From assembly GCF_009914755.1 (NCBI RefSeq), contig NC_060926.1: a stretch of DNA of 64,000 nucleotides. One strand, written 5' to 3'. The position numbers and the translations under genes were made by a program. Source of the stretch: the human T2T-CHM13v2.0 reference genome, Homo sapiens. The first letter of the stretch is position 1; every line of letters begins with the position of its first letter. Positions 16,703-32,565 of the stretch are shown here, one piece after another. Below the pieces are notes generated by a model, which was not told where the DNA came from, made no database searches, and was given only the letters and a program-made list of their open reading frames with translations.

Positions 16703-17854
16703 GTTATTTTTAAACTCTCTAACAAGATCTCCTTCCTGATGGGAAGACTGAGCTAAGCAGTTTCATTTCTTCTTTTCTTGAATAAATCCACTGGCAAATC
16801 TTGTATGTGTGATCTCTAAACCTTGGGTTAGATGAGGACCTTGCATTTATTCTTTGGATGAGAAAAATAAATGGCAAAGATGGGCCCCAGATAGACATGT
16901 GGGGTATGTTATACATATTTCTGCTTGTTTGTGTAATAAGCCATTTAGGAACCAGACAGATAAAGGGTATGTGTATTTTCCACAGATTATTTCCAGATTT
17001 TTACTCATTTAATAGTTTCCTATGAGTGTCCATGGTGGGGTGGCTGGAGAGCCAGTTTTGACTTTGACCCAAATGGCGCTTAAACCTTTTCATTAAAATT
17101 CTGCTCTTCTAAAAAAAATCAGAGGAGTTTGAATTGTCACGTCAATGAAACAAGACCATTCAAGACTAGAGAAAAGAGACATGGGAATATCCTGTGTGGG
17201 GAGAGAGAAAAGCATCACAGGTAGTTGGGATAAGGTAGAATTGCAGGTGAGAACTACCTTTGTTGAGCTTCTTGATCCCAAGGCAAGAAGGAAAACGAGC
17301 TGGTTGTATAATTGTCTACATTGAAATTACATAAATATAATCAGCAATGATTTTAGAGATTGTATAATTGTATATTTAGACAAAAGGGCTGGTATGGAGG
17401 ACAAGGAGCCCCACTGGCTTCAACACTCCCATCTGCCCCCATCCTGGTATAGGGCTTCACGAAAAAGTGTAAGTCACTTTTCTCATTTAGCCACTTCATT
17501 TCACATATGGGGTAACTGAGGCCAAAGAAGTGAATGCATTTGCTCAATGTCATTCAGTTAATTGGTGGGTAAACTGGGACTAAATTCTGAGTCTTCTGCC
17601 TGCTTTTCTATCTATAGTCATTTTATGAGTCTTCAAGAAAATCTATTATTTAAGGTTTGATTCTTATTAAATCCACTAAACATTGGCCAATCTCATCATT
17701 CAGAGGTAGGTCCTATTAACATTCAGACACACACAAACGCAAACACAATTTATAGGTTATATATCCATTTATTTTTGCCTTTCTTGACTTAACATTATAT
17801 CATAGTTTCTCATATTGTTACACATTTTTCTTTGACTGTGATTTTTAATATTTA

Positions 17855-18424
<570 letters not shown>

Positions 18425-18956
18425 TTATTTCCACAACCACGGCTTGGCTTGCTCTCTGGGCTGGAAGCACTCAGTGCTTCCTCACTCAGCTGAGGAGCAA
18501 GGGGAAAGCCACTGACTTATCCAGCATCAGTAGCGGAATGTCCGAAAGAGTTGGGCATTGACCAAAGAGGACATCGATTCTTTGGGATTTAGAAGGGCTA
18601 ACATAAAATCGATTCCTACAAGACTAACAAATTGGGAAAGAATAAGGAATGGTGTTCAGAAAGATGACCTCAGTCATGGCCAGGCCTGAAAGCACCTCCG
18701 AATCATCAGAGAAAAATTGCACTGCTGCCAGGGTGGTTATAACGTCAGGTTCTGTTTATGATGTCTGGATGCCTTGAAAATTAATCATTTAAGAAAAAAC
18801 ATTATTTATTTATGACCCATACTCTACTCCCCTGCTCTATCCCTCCCCACCTCCTTAAAGGCAACACATTTTGGCACTTTAAGTTGGTTTTTCCATTTTC
18901 TATATGCTTCTATTGGTATTTTTAGATTTATTAATGCCAGGCATTGTGCATATTGA

Positions 18957-19299
<343 letters not shown>

Positions 19300-19816
19300 G
19301 TATTACAGATTCCTGATGGAGCACCAGAATACAGAGTGAGATATTACAGAACTAGAATCCAGGAAAGAATAGTTAACCATCACACGACTTGAGTAGACTT
19401 GAGGAGTTCAATCTGTCATAACTATTCCCCTCAATTTCTCTCTTTCTATTCTCCCCATAATGCTCACTTTACAATTTGAAGTTAAATTGATAGTATTTAC
19501 ATTTTTACTATGAAAATATTGTTCACTGAAGAACCAAGTACTGTATGAGTACCTCCCTTTTTAAATAGAATATTTTTGTTTCTTTTGGAGCTAATAATTT
19601 TTTCATTTTTTTCTCTTTTGACTTGAATAGTACTACGTACATATTTTTCTGTTTAATTGAGCTTGTTAATCATTTTCTTTTGCCAGTGCTTATATAAAGC
19701 AGATAATCTGCCAGTTGCATTTTCCCACCTGTAAAACTCCCTCCCGTAGCGCTCCATCTTCTGCTCCGGTTCTGAATGACTGTTTTTTGAGCCTAATATG
19801 CAGCTGTCATCCTGGG

Positions 19817-20185
19817 ATGTGGTAGACTGCTTGTTAAACATATTCACTGCACCTTCTTGCATGGGGATTATATTTCTGTGTCCCATTGATACCTGGCTTT
19901 GTCACATAATTTGCTTTGGCCAATGAAATGTAAGTAGAAGTGTAAGTAGTGTGTATCACTCTGGAGAAGGAACTTTAGAACCAGGAAATGGTTTATCATG
20001 GTCTCTTTTATTTTCTGCCATGACAGTTGTCAATGTTTCAGATAGAGAATGCTAAGTCAAGTCAGATCTGGGGTAAAGAGGACATGGAGCAGAGCTATAG
20101 CCAACCCACAATGGACATGTAACAAGAAGAGAGCCTCTGTAGTTGTATGCTACAGCCTGAACTGGCCTATCTTGCTGAGGCCACA
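19817..20185 (+). mobile_element. MLT1 (J/I-like) MaLR solo LTR
   Basis: Starts 'tgtggtagactg'; contains 'ttgctttggccaatgaaatgtaagtagaagtg'. Confidence 0.7.
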
Positions 20186-20219
20186 CAATTGATGATTGTA
20201 GCCTTCCTGCTTTGGCAGT

Positions 20220-20574
20220 TGCTGTGTTCTGAATGTTTGTGTCCCTCCATAACTTGTATGTTGAAATCTAATTCCCAATACAATGGGGTTAAGAAGTGGG
20301 GCCCTTAGCAGGTGATTAGATCATGAGGGCAGAACTCTCAGGAATGGGATTAGTGCCCTTATAAAAGGTTCAAAGGAGCTAGTTTGTCCCTTTCACCATG
20401 TAAGTATACATAGAAGGCACCATCTATGAGCAATGGGACCTTACCACCCATTGAGTCTGTTGGTACCTTGATCTTGGACTTCTCAGCCTCCAGAACTGTG
20501 AGCAACAAATTTCTATTGTTTATAACTTACCAGTCTAAGGCATTTTGTTATCGCGGCCCTAACATACTAGGACA
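20220..20574 (+). mobile_element. MLT1A MaLR solo LTR
   Basis: 'ctgaatgtttgtgtccc...ttgatcttggacttctcagcctccagaactgtgag'; TG...CA ends. Confidence 0.85.
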
Positions 20575-20619
20575 GCTGGTCTGTTCCTAGCTTGCTTGCT
20601 TGCTTATTGTTTAATCTAT

Positions 20620-21240
20620 TGTTTTGATGGAGCATAACCTATTCCAGCTTCCTAAGAAATGGTGCACAGAACATAAAACTTGTGAGTTCTTGCTTAACTA
20701 AAATTTCCTTTCTTCTATCTTCACATTATTTGGCTAGTTTGGTTGGGTATAGTGGTCTATGTTAAAATTACTTTTAGAATTTTGAAGATGTGGCTTCTTT
20801 GTTTTCTAATATTCTGTGTTGCTGTTGAGAAGTCTGATGCCATTTTGATCCAATCCTTGGAAGAGAATTTTAATTTTTTTCCATAGAGGCTTTAAATTTT
20901 TTCCTTATCCCAATGAGTTGAAATTTTACTCTGATATAACTTTCTATGGCTGTTTTCTCATCATTTTTTTTCCTGTATACTTTCAATCCTGGAACTCGTG
21001 TTCTTTCCTTCTAGAAAATTTTTTCAAAAATAATGATTATGTCTTTGATAATTTCTCCTCTCTGTTTTATCTTTCTGTAATTAGCATTAGTCAGATGTTA
21101 GATATTCTGGATTGATCCTGACATTTCAACTTTTCTTTCCTATGTTCCAACTCTGTTATTTTAAAAAAAAAGGATATTTGAAGATTCCTTATTTTCTGGT
21201 CTTTCTATTAAGTTTTCTATTTTAGCTGTGTTGTCTAATT
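20620..21240 (-). mobile_element. Old L1 fragment (L1M-like)
   Basis: T-rich; 'gttgctgttgagaagtctgatgcc' L1M internal motif. Confidence 0.65.
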
Positions 21241-21594
21241 CATAGGAATTTACAAGAGAATACAGAGGAGATGACTTTGGGAATTTAATTTATGACGTTT
21301 AGATTTAAAATTTGCATAAACCTTGAAATTGCTGATGTTGGTGTCTTCCACTTCGCAATACCACCCCGCAGTTCACTGATGAGAATGATAATTTCCAGAA
21401 AAGAAAATGACTTAAAGTAATAGCACGTCCTCCTAATTCCAGGTCAGCTTCTTTCCACCCCCAATGTTGTGCCTTTTCGTCTTACTGTAGCTGAAACTTT
21501 ATTTCAATTCTAATAAAGGACACTTTTAAAATTAGCTTCTGAATGGAAGGAAGCAATGAAGATTGGTTAGGGCATCATTGAAAAGCAGGCACTT

Positions 21595-21901
21595 GGCCGG
21601 GTGTGGTGGCTTACGCCTGTAATCCCAGCACTTTGGGAGGCCGAGGTGAGCGGATCACAAGGTCAGGAGATCAAGACCGTCCTGGCCAACATTGTGAAAC
21701 CCTGTTTCTACTAAAATACAAAAAATTAGCTGGGCATGGTGGTGGGCACCTGTAGTCCCAGCTACTTGGGAGGCTGAGGCAGGGGAATTGCTTGAACCTG
21801 GGAGGTGGAGGTGCAGTGAGCCAAGATCGCACCACTGCACTCCAGCCTGGTGACAGAACAAGACTCCATCTCAAAAAAAAAAAAAAAAAAAAAAGAAAAA
21901 A
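21595..21901 (+). mobile_element. AluSc-like
   Basis: Full dimer; TSD gaaaagcaggcactt on both sides. Confidence 0.96.
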
Positions 21902-22461
21902 GAAAAGCAGGCACTTATGTGGTGGTGAGCTAGCATCACTTGGGGCTGAGATGAAAATCCAATGCCTCTCTGGCTCTGACTCACACGGAATCTGTCGAGT
22001 TGTTTCATTTTTTTAGACATTGGTTTCTTCATCTACAAATTGAGGAGGTGGGAGTAGGTCTTTGCTCTTCAAACTCTTGAGGTTCCATGGGGTGCCTAGG
22101 GCCTTAAGGGCTTGGGGAGGGGGCGGAATGAGGGAAAGGGAGGTAGGGCTCTGGGTCCTTGCTCAGCTTCACCTGAACAGTTCCACTTAGTCCCGTTTTA
22201 TGTATTTGGTTTTCATGTAGGCTTTTGTTGCTAAAAAAGGTTTTGTGACTAAATGTTTGGGAATCACTTCACCAACCTTCTGTAGGTTTTCTTTTGGCAT
22301 TGTACTTTTCCGGTACTCTGATTAGAGATGTTCTTTTAGGCTCTCAACTTTGACTGGCTGAAACTTATAAGCCATCAAGCTCTCTGGCGTTCCTATAAAT
22401 TAGGATGCATGTGGAGGTAATTACCATTCTGGAATTCTAAGCCCTGGAATCCTGGTCAATT

Positions 22462-22762
22462 CTTTTTTTATTATTTTATTTATTTTATTTATTTACTTTT
22501 CTGAGACAGGGTCTGGCTCTGTAACCAAGGCTGGAGTGTAGTGGCATGATCTCTGCTCACTGCAACCTCTGCCTCCTGGGCTCAAGTGATCCTCCTACCT
22601 CAGCCTCCTGAGTAGTTGGGACTACAGGTACATGCCACCACGCCTGGCTAATTTTTGTATTTTTTTGTAGAGATGGGCATTTTGCCATGTTGCCCAGGCT
22701 GGTCTTGAACTACTGAGCTAAAGTGATCTGCCCACCTCAGCCTCCCAAAGTGCTGGGATTAT
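22462..22762 (-). mobile_element. AluJb-like
   Basis: Alu body with (TTTA) tail; flanking repeat gtcaattctt. Confidence 0.92.
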
Positions 22763-22858
22763 GAATACTAGTCAATTCTTAAACTGTCTTTCAAATCAAT
22801 AGTCTCACTGCAGACACTGTCACTCAATACATATTATCAATGCCAACACAATGGGAAA

Positions 22859-22940
22859 CTGGATCCTGCCATTTTCTTGATTAGATAGTAGAGACAGGCT
22901 GGATCCTGCCATTTTCCTGATTAGATAGTAGAGACAGGCT
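22859..22940. repeat. 40-bp tandem duplication (2 copies, 1 mismatch)
   Basis: ggatcctgccattttc(t/c)tgattagatagtagagacaggct at 22861 and 22901. Confidence 0.97.
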
Positions 22941-25469
22941 AAAGTAGAGTCTTAGCTGTCATTCTGCTGTCGGGGTCCTGCTTCCCTCCACGGAGAATCA
23001 AAGTCTGGATGTCAGACTTTGTTCCCTTGGCTGAGGAGAGGGACAGAAGAGACCAGCTTGTAGTCCCTTGCCCTTGGGAAGGAAACTGGTTTTCTGCTCT
23101 GTTCAACCATGTTTACTAATCATTAAAGGAAACAATAGATGTAGGCCAAATGCTGGTATCAGATGAGAGGGTTGAGAGTGAGCAGATCAGTGTCGGAGCC
23201 TGGGATTAAGGAAGTCAAGGTCAGCAGTGGATCCCTCGGAGGCCCAGAGAAATGGCTTGGTTAGGGCACGTCTGCTACCTGGGGTGGGGGAGGCAGAGAT
23301 TCGCTTCAAGATGAATCGCATTCGCCTTAGAATTAGAATGCCCTTCCTAGAAAGCCCTTAGAGATTATGTGATTAAACCTCCTTATCTTACACATGGAAA
23401 AACTAAAACCTATAGAAGGGACACCTCTTGCCTGTGGTCACCCACAATTAATGTTTTATTCCTCCCAGTCCACACTTGTGCAGTCCTCACATATCTCTGA
23501 ACAGGGACTGGGTACTTAAATTAGGTAACTGGCAAGGAGGTTTTTTTGAGAAGGGAAGGTGAGGGAATTTTTCGACCTTGTGCCATTGCTTGAGAGGCAG
23601 AAGCCAACACACCATTAGTTAAACCCAGACCAAATTCATCAGCTTGTGAGACTCTAGACCCCACACCTGTCTAAGGACTGCAAAGAGCAGTCAGTGTACA
23701 TAAGAATTCCCTCCTGCCTCCTGTGATTCTCAGCCCTCACCAGCCTGGGCCCATTGGTAAATTTATCTTGAGTTAAAAATACTGCTTCTACCACCAGCAC
23801 ACGCCAAATAGAGTCCTTGAGACACCTATGCACTGAAGCACCTACACGGTGTTTAGCACTGATACGGTACTCTGCCCTTTCTGAGCCTGGTAGTCTGGCT
23901 GTCTGATAGGAGCAGGGAACCCACAGATATCATCTACTTCCGTAAAATTCGTTCAATTAATGAGCATCCACCGGGAGAAGAAGGATCATTTTCAGCCTCC
24001 CTGACCACAGGCTTTGGTTTCAGGACAATGCAGACTGGGCAGCAGATCAAATAAAGCCATCACCAGCGCATAGGACAGTCTCAAGGGGGTTAACTGTCCC
24101 TGTCCTCTACAATTGTTGCTGGGGAGCAATTTGCCCTTGAATCTTCCATACTGTCCCTAAATTGACAATTTCATTTCCTTCCAATCCCGCCCCCTGCCCT
24201 GAAGATCTGCTGAGGCTGCGAGTTCCATGTGAGAAGGCAGGAGGATAATAGGTGAGTTCCATCCATCCGTCAGCCATAATGGTCGCGGACACTCCACGCC
24301 TTTTGTCTGCTGGTTTCCCTGAGGATGCAGGCTAGGGACCTGGGGTATTTACACTGCCTTTATGTGTGTGGTTTTTAAATCAGCCCTCTTGTTTACTTCC
24401 CAGCCTTTACCCAGGCTGTTTACTACCTTTGGAGGGGCCAGGCCACTAAGTCAACATGCATTAAGACCCAACATCAAAATGTCATAATGCGAATGAGCAG
24501 AATTCTGAAAGGCCAGGGACATTGGCTGCTCTGTTGGGTCCTGTTTAGTCTGAGGGTAATGAAGAGCTCACAGATGACCTGATTTCATTAAACTAGGTCA
24601 GACTCAGCTGAAAAGCGGCTATGACTCTCACCCAGTTATATAGCCAGCTCTTCCTCTCTCCCTGCCTCCCTCCGCCCCCACCCCCACCTCGGGGCTTGAA
24701 TGCTTTCTGGGAATTAACGCTGAGTTTTGTCAATACAGTAGCTAAATCTCCATGGAATAATTGGACCTTTCCCTTCGGCTTCTGTTTGCGCAGTGGCAAG
24801 GCCAGGCATGGGAGAGAAGCGGGTGGACTTTAACGCAGCATGTATGATTCAGTTGTAGCAGTTTGCTTTTGAGCCAGACATTCTGAGTTACAGCATCTTA
24901 TCTGAGGGCTGTATTGACGGAAGCAGCTGAACTGACTCAAAGAGGAGTTATCATGCAAACAAGGCTTTCAATGTGTCCAGGCTCACCAGCAACACACGGG
25001 CCCTCTGCATCTTCAGAAGCCTCCTGGTGGGGAGTAGGAAAGGGACCAGGCAGAGGGTGGAGGCAGGAAGGAGTGGTGTCTGAAGGCTGCTGAGGGAGGA
25101 GAGGTGGTCCTCCCCCGTCCCTCCTTGCCAGGGAAAGACTGAGTCTGTGGTGGGCATTCCAGGCAGGCAGAATTCACTTCATCCATACAGAAGAAAGCAT
25201 TTCTAACAATTAAAACTGTCTGAAGATTGGATGGGCTGTCAGATGAGCTCACTTATACTTTATTAAGCACCTACTATGTCTCAGACTTTATGCTGGGGAC
25301 CTTGCTCTGAGCTCTGCAACATCTCAGTTCATAAGAGATGAGGAAACCAAGGTTTAGAAGTAAGTGACTTATGTAAGGTACCAAAACTAATATGAGGCAG
25401 ACACAGGATTTGAACCCAGATCTTTCTATGTCCATGCTCCTTCCACTGTCCCCTCTGCCCCCACCTCTT

Positions 25470-25865
25470 GTTCAGGGCACATGGGGGATGGCTTATTTTT
25501 GCTCCATGATGTCTGAGGCCTTAGCTATGAGACTCAAAGTTTGGGGACTGAGATCACTGAAGGCTTGCTGCGTCACATGCCTGGTGGTGAATGCTGGCTG
25601 TTGGCTGGGGGTCTCGGTTCCTCTCCACATGGACTTCAGTGTGTGGACTCTCCATGTGGGTTGCTTGGGCTTCCTCACAGCATGGTGGCTGGGTTCCAAG
25701 GGTGAGCGTCCCAAGACAGAACATAAAGTTGGAACACTTTTTCAGTCTATGCTTGAAAGTCACACAGTGTCACTTCTGCACATTGGTATTAGATAGAATT
25801 CATTAGAAGCAAGTCACTAAACCTGCCTCATGTTCCAAGGGGAGGGAAATTAAACTCAATCTTTT
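25470..25865 (-). mobile_element. MLT1 (G/H-like) LTR, left part of a split element
   Basis: 'ttcctcacagcatggtggct...aagcaagtcactaa...caaggggagggaaattaaactcaatc'. Confidence 0.75.
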
Positions 25866-26065
25866 TTTTGTTTGTTTTTACGATAATACCTTTAAACAAT
25901 TTTTCTGATTATAAAAGTAATGCATGAGTAAGGCAAAAACTCCAAACATTGTAATGTAGAGCGTATGACACCCTTATGCTAAATTCCCAAATGAAAGAAT
26001 CATCAATATGTGTCGTTTTCTTGTTGCTTTTTGTATATTACTATTGCTTTTTGAATATTACTATT

Positions 26066-26603
26066 TGTATTAGGGTTCTCTAGAGGGACAGAACTAATAG
26101 GATTGAAGTATATATGAAGAGGAGTTTATTAAATAGTGTTGACTCACACGATCACAAGGTGAAGTCCCACAATAGGCCATCTGGAAGCTGAGGAACAAGG
26201 AAGCCAGTCTGAGTCCCAAAACCTCAAAATTAGGGAAGCCGACAGTGCAACCTTCAGTCTGTGGCGAAGGCCTGAGAGACCCTGGCAAACCACTGGTGTA
26301 AAGTCCAAGAGTCCAAAAGCTGAAGAACTTGGAGTCTGATGTTCAAGGGCAGGAAGCATCCAGCACAGGAGAAAGATGAAGGCCAGAAGACTCAGCAAGT
26401 CTGCTCTTTCCATCTTCTCCTGCCTGTTTATTCTAGCTGCGCTGGCAGCTGATTAGATGGTGCCCACCCAGATCGAGGGTGGGACTGCCTCTCCCAGTCC
26501 ACTGACTGAAATGTTAATCTCCTTTGGTAACACAGACACACCCAGGAACAATACTTTGCATCCTTCAATCCAATCAAGTTGACACTCAATATTAACCATC
26601 AAA
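26066..26603 (-). mobile_element. MLT2A (ERVL) solo LTR
   Basis: Reverse complement of 'tgatggttaatattgagtgtcaacttgattggattgaaggatgcaaag'; 5-bp TSD ctatt (26061, 26604). Confidence 0.92.
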
Positions 26604-26619
26604 CTATTCTAAGTAGTCG

Positions 26620-27320
26620 TATGACATGATTAAAGTGGTATTTTGGAAAGATCACTTTGGTGGCAGCAGTAATTAGAGGGAGAGAAACTGAAGTCCAGGA
26701 GACTACCTAGGGGTTAGCATCATTATTTAACAAATGTATGAATACCTTCAATGTTGGCTTCTCATAGTCAAGTCTGAAGATAATAGGGGACTGCTTTAGG
26801 GGAACAGAAAAAATTAAAGAGGAATGGATGAATTCAAGAGACACTTTCAAGGAAGATTCATTAGGGTTAGTGACTGGATTGTGATTGGGGCAAAGGAGAA
26901 AGAGGAGCAAAAGGTGCCTGGGGATTTCAAGTGTGAGTTTTTGGGAGAATCACCCATTATCAGCTCGAGGCAAGTCAGGGATGGAAGCTCAGTTTTGGGG
27001 AGAGAGATGAATGGGATGTATTTGGACTGAGCTGTCAGAAATCACTATGTTTAGGAGCTAAGCAGAGAAGCCACTCAAAGCAATAGGCAAAGAACAGCCA
27101 GGTTTGGGAAGACAGAAGCAAGAGCATGCAGGCCCAGAGCAGAGGGGAAGAGATTCAGAGAGGGTGGCTACGGTGCCAGGTGCCGTAGACATCTCAGAGA
27201 GAGTAAGGCTTGGGAAAGGTGATGGGCATATAGAGCGAGCAGTCATGGTTGACTGAGCATCCTTGATGCCAGTGAAATGGCAGAGGCAGAATCCAGATTA
27301 TAAAGGCAATAAAGAATATT
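26620..27320 (-). mobile_element. L2 fragments carried inside the retroposed insertion
   Basis: 'tttggaaagatcactttgg', 'gtgactggattgtgattgggg', 'gagctcagttttggg' L2-like purine-rich motifs. Confidence 0.6.
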
Positions 27321-27328
27321 AACAGCCC

Positions 27329-27428
27329 TAAACTCAATCTTTTGATGAGAGGAGTGGCAAGGTTCTAGAAACACACATGGAACCAGAAGTATTGCTGAGG
27401 GCTTTTTGGGAAAATACAACCTAAAACA
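27329..27428 (-). mobile_element. MLT1 LTR, right part (5' end of the LTR)
   Basis: 'ttgatgagaggagtggcaaggttctagaa...gggaaaatacaacc' continues the 25470-25865 fragment. Confidence 0.75.
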
Positions 27429-27505
27429 ATATTCAAAATCCTTAAGCTCGTGTTCTAATATGTAAGAGGCTGAAAGACTACCTCCTAGGGTTGTAGGCTT
27501 AAGCC

Positions 27506-28350
<845 letters not shown>

Positions 28351-28792
28351 TTTAAACATAGTAGATCCAGAATGAGGGACTATTTAATGTGCCAAAGTGA
28401 TAGTTTCCTAACACATACCAAACTTCCTAACAAGGTTATTCAGATTTCACATGTCTAGGATATATTGAACTTGGATAATTCAGAGTCGAGGGCAGTGAAG
28501 GTGATTTGTCCAAATTGATGAATTTTTAGGAACTGCCTTGGCTTTCATATATAACAGGTAAGAGACAACAATCTCCTCCCCTTATCTCAGGGAAGGTGAG
28601 CTATGAGTTATATACTGTCTTTAAGAAATTGACAATTGCCCTGAAAAATGTCACACATAGAGACTGAGGGAAAGATAGGAGGGGAAATGCGATGCATATA
28701 TAGGTTGAGAAAATTGCCCAAGCCATGTAACATGGGTAGAAAAAAACAGAGCAATGTTTCATTCCCAGCTTACCTCAAGAACCTTCCCACTA

Positions 28793-29116
<324 letters not shown>

Positions 29117-30279
29117 CTACCCAATATAAGATGAAATTTTACATGAACTGGAAACAATTAGGATAAACCCACCCAACCTCCACAGCAAAGTAGTTTCTGC
29201 AACTCCCAAAGTTAAATGAACCTAGAACATTGACATATTTTCCAAAGCAATTTCTTATTTAGCTCAGAACTTTATATGTGACCTCAATAAGGTCATTTTA
29301 TGGCTCTTAGTTTCTTTAAATAGAACACCAAAGTTGTAAAAAGGCGCATTTTTTCTCTAAGGTTACTTAGCAAATTGCAAATGAAAGAGGAAATATACAT
29401 GCGACTAGAGAGTTCATCACCTTACTGCACTAGAAAATATGGCCCAATTTCTCTCTCTCTTTCTTGTTCATAATTCTCAGACAAGACAATAGGAGTCATG
29501 TGATGTGACTGAGAAATTGGGCCAGTTAAAAATAGAAGGTGCACTTCACCAAGTTTGTTAGAAAGTGGAAGTTTCATTGCTGATTGCTGTTCATTTATCT
29601 CTGCCTGCCACATCTGTGAGGGAGTGGGGCAAGAGACAATTGCAGATTCTGAGGGCTGGAGCCCCCACACCCCCCTCTTTCTATTTCCTGGCCCGGCTAA
29701 ACAGCAATGCCCAGGAGCTCAACTGAGCCCCGTGCACTCTCTCTCTTGGTCCTCAGGGAACTCTCTTCTCTGGTTGGCAGCAGTTTTAGTTGGGAGAAAG
29801 CTCTAGCTGGCTCCTCGTTCCTCCCAATGGGAGTGCTCAACGTCAGCTTTTCTAAATGGGAAATGAAGGTCTCCAGCCTCACGTATGCAACATAGTGTCT
29901 GTACTTTTGCCCTTGCAGAGTTCTGAAAGTCTTCACAAGCCTTGCCTGCATAGCAGCTGGCAGGTGGGAGAGGAGAGAGGCCACACTGAGACCTGCCAGT
30001 TTCATAAATGGAACTGAGTCCTCCCCTCACCAGCTCAGAGTGAGCACCCACCATGGGTCCAGCAATGCCTGGGGCCCCAGATCTAGAAAGCACGATGATA
30101 TACACTTGCAGGCCTTGCAGGGTTCCCAGGACAGAGGGTCCGAGGAAGGCCAGGCCAGGCCCAGAACTCCCAGACCTGATTCCCTCTGATGGTGGTCAAT
30201 ATTCTTCACATTAGGGTTTGCAAATTGTTTCATTTAACCAGGTATTCTCGCCTCCTCCCCACTTTTTTTTTTCCACTTT

Positions 30280-31000
<721 letters not shown>

Positions 31001-32187
31001 TGTCTCATCCTTGTTTTACAGATAAACAAGGCCCTGAGAGGAGAAGTGGTCAGACTGCACTAGGACCCTTTCCTGTCAGGGTGGGTGATCTGTCCTTTGT
31101 ACCAGATGCCTTCCTTCGATGGTATAGGAAGAGGGTGTGTGTCCTAAGCCTGGGCTCCCCCTGCAGAGAGTGCTGAGTTTGGGATGGGCAGGCACATTTG
31201 GGCCAGGCTTTTCTCCCTGACGTTATCACAGAAGCCATGGTTCTGCTTATACCCTATGATTCCCTCTGAGTTGAGGCCAGCTGAACAGCAGACACAGAAG
31301 CCAGCAGACGGAGGTTCGGTCTCAGCTTTGCTGCTGATGACGGTGGCGTTGCTGGAGCCTGGCTTCCTCATCCCCCACCTTCCAAGTTTATACTTTGAGA
31401 CAACCTGCCCGAGGAAGTGCCGGGGGTCACCGAGCTGTACTGTTTTCCCTTGGTTTCTGCCTCACCCTGTCTAGCCCATTTGTTGGAAGCATGAGGGATG
31501 AAGCTCCCGTTCTATGTGCAGCAGGTGGGCCAGGCCCTGACCTTTGAATGCTCATCCTACAGGTGCGTGGGTAGATAGACCACCCCAGCTGGCCAGGCAG
31601 GCCCCCGGAGGGCCAAGCCACTCAGCCTGCCTCACAGTCAGGTAAGCCTGGCTCCTTCCTTAGCATGAGTGGCGAGTGGCAGAGGGCCCCAGTGTCTCAC
31701 CTCCTCATTTTTCCCTTTTGGGAGAGAATGCACAGGTTCCCCCAATGGCCACCAAGTAGGGGGCAGCCTCTCATTTTGCCTCTAGTTTACCCTAAGCTGA
31801 GGGGCCTCATGCCATGTGACCTGTGCACACGGGGTGCCCCAGCAGTGTAGACTGCATGGCCCATGGTGCTGACTTGAGCTGTGGTGGAAGAAGCCCAAAC
31901 CACAAATCAACTCACAAAGAGCTGATTCTTCACTGCTGTCCAGGGCTGTGGCATTGGGGAGCCCGCCCAGCAGGTGCAGCAGTTTGTCCCGAGAGCAGCT
32001 GGCCCCACTTGCTCTCCAGGTGGACTTTCAAGCCTCAACTCTTGCAAAATGGCTTGTCAATGGGACACGCCCACTGGGTCCCCACCTGGTGTTCTTTTGG
32101 ACAATTAATCTTAGGGCAGCTGGCGAAGGAGCCTTGGAGAGCAGGAGCATGGGGTGGGGTGAGGTGAGGGTGGGAGGAGAGTGTTAG

Positions 32188-32565
<378 letters not shown>

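Larger units (their letters stand above)
25866..27328 (-). other. TSD-flanked, poly(A)-tailed retroposed insertion (probable orphan transduction or non-coding retrocopy)
   Basis: 15-bp direct repeat taaactcaatctttt at 25851 and 27329; T-rich tail at 25862-25879; MLT1 host resumes after the second repeat. Confidence 0.7.

Noticed and set aside
28459-28563. Exon-like segment ending in CAG|gtaaga
   Set aside because: Weak acceptor and stop codons in all three frames; indistinguishable from a pseudo-exon.
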